Below, piece after piece: positions 63,127-64,000 of a stretch of 64,000 bases of DNA. The stretch is from Octopus sinensis (Eukaryota): contig NC_042999.1 of the NCBI RefSeq assembly GCF_006345805.1, forward strand, positions 111,166,001-111,230,000, read 5' to 3'. The notes beneath the pieces are model-generated. The model did not search any database. It was not told where the DNA came from and was given only the letters and a program-made list of their open reading frames with translations. A program made the position numbers and the translations under genes. The number at the start of each line of letters is the position of its first letter. Within the stretch, counting starts at the first letter, position 1.

Positions 63127-63385
63127 AAGGCACATGGCTCGTGAGGTTGTGAGTTTGATTTCCGGACCGGGCTGCATGTTGTGTTCTTGAGCAAGATACT
63201 TTATTTCACGTTGCTCCAGTCAACTCAAGTGTAGAAATGAGTTGCGACATCAGTGGTGTGTTGAGGAGAGGCTGGTATGCATGGGCGACTGCTGGCCTTC
63301 CATAAACAACCTTGCCCGGACTTGTGCCTCCGTAGGTAACTTTCTAGGTACAATCCCATGGTCATTCATGACCGAAGGGAGTCTC
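63127..63385 (+). mobile_element. tRNA-derived SINE, family D (5' part deleted)
   Basis: GAAGGCACATGG..GAGTTTGATTTCC (B box-like), GTGTTCTTGAGCAAG CORE-like motif, tail CCCATGGTCATTCATGACCGAAGG. Confidence 0.6.
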
Positions 63386-63431
63386 CTCCTCCTCCTACAG
63401 TAGTACCTCTGATCACGAATAAATCGTGCTT

Positions 63432-63465
<34 letters not shown>

Positions 63466-63575
63466 ATATGTGCGTGTGTGTGTGTCTCTGTGTGTGTGTG
63501 TGTGTTAAAGCACGATTTATTCGTGATCAGAGTTGTTCGAAAACCGAGGTGCTACTGTATACATAGATATATATA

Positions 63576-63619
<44 letters not shown>

Positions 63620-64000
63620 TATATCGTTTATGTATATGTGGATATATGTTGTTTATATAAACATACGCAGACAGAACATATAAGAGGGAAAGAGGGAGAA
63701 AGATAGAGAGAAAGAAAGAATTGGAGACATGAAAACACAGACACATGTACACACTCATCATTTACACGCATATATCCATACACACACATACGTATGCAAT
63801 GTTATATAATCATCTAAGCCGTTACCAAAACCAAAATAACAGTTTAAAAAATTTTAAAAAGAAAGAAAAATTGTTTAAAATGTACCATATCTGGCAAACA
63901 CTCTCATGGGTGTTGAGAGATGAAATAGATAGATTTTATGCATAAGATGACAATCTTTTTACGATAAGTTCTGGAGCTGTTGGAAATGCTAGCTCTTCCG

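Overview
Eukaryotic, gene-free, very repeat-rich DNA. The SINE repertoire and the dense (TA)n/(CA)n/(TATC)n/(TATG)n/(ATT)n microsatellites suggest an Octopus-like cephalopod genome (inference). I found no supportable host exon, rRNA, true tRNA gene or CRISPR array; almost all short ORFs in the track are microsatellite or antisense artefacts. The only intact protein gene is ORF2 (APE endonuclease + RT + CCHC, 1145 aa) of a full-length ~6.1 kb Tx1/L1-clade LINE (4229-10335). That element sits inside a (TATC)n tract, lacks a poly(A) tail and has a frameshift-split ORF1. The rest is decayed Tx1, RTE, CR1, R4/Dong-like and Penelope-like fragments, four tRNA-derived SINE families (labelled A-D here), hAT/mariner/Helitron-type non-autonomous elements and several hammerhead-ribozyme motifs. 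Most notable: (1) a 952-bp orphan-ORF insert with a 15-bp TSD inside the tRNA head of a SINE; (2) a possible (TATC)n-targeting Tx1 LINE, plus SINE family B whose 3' tail matches the Tx1 3' end; (3) a well-formed type I hammerhead at 3467-3517; (4) a templated-insertion repair scar at 32637-32726. All alignments and identity counts were done by eye, and family names are from recall, not database searches.
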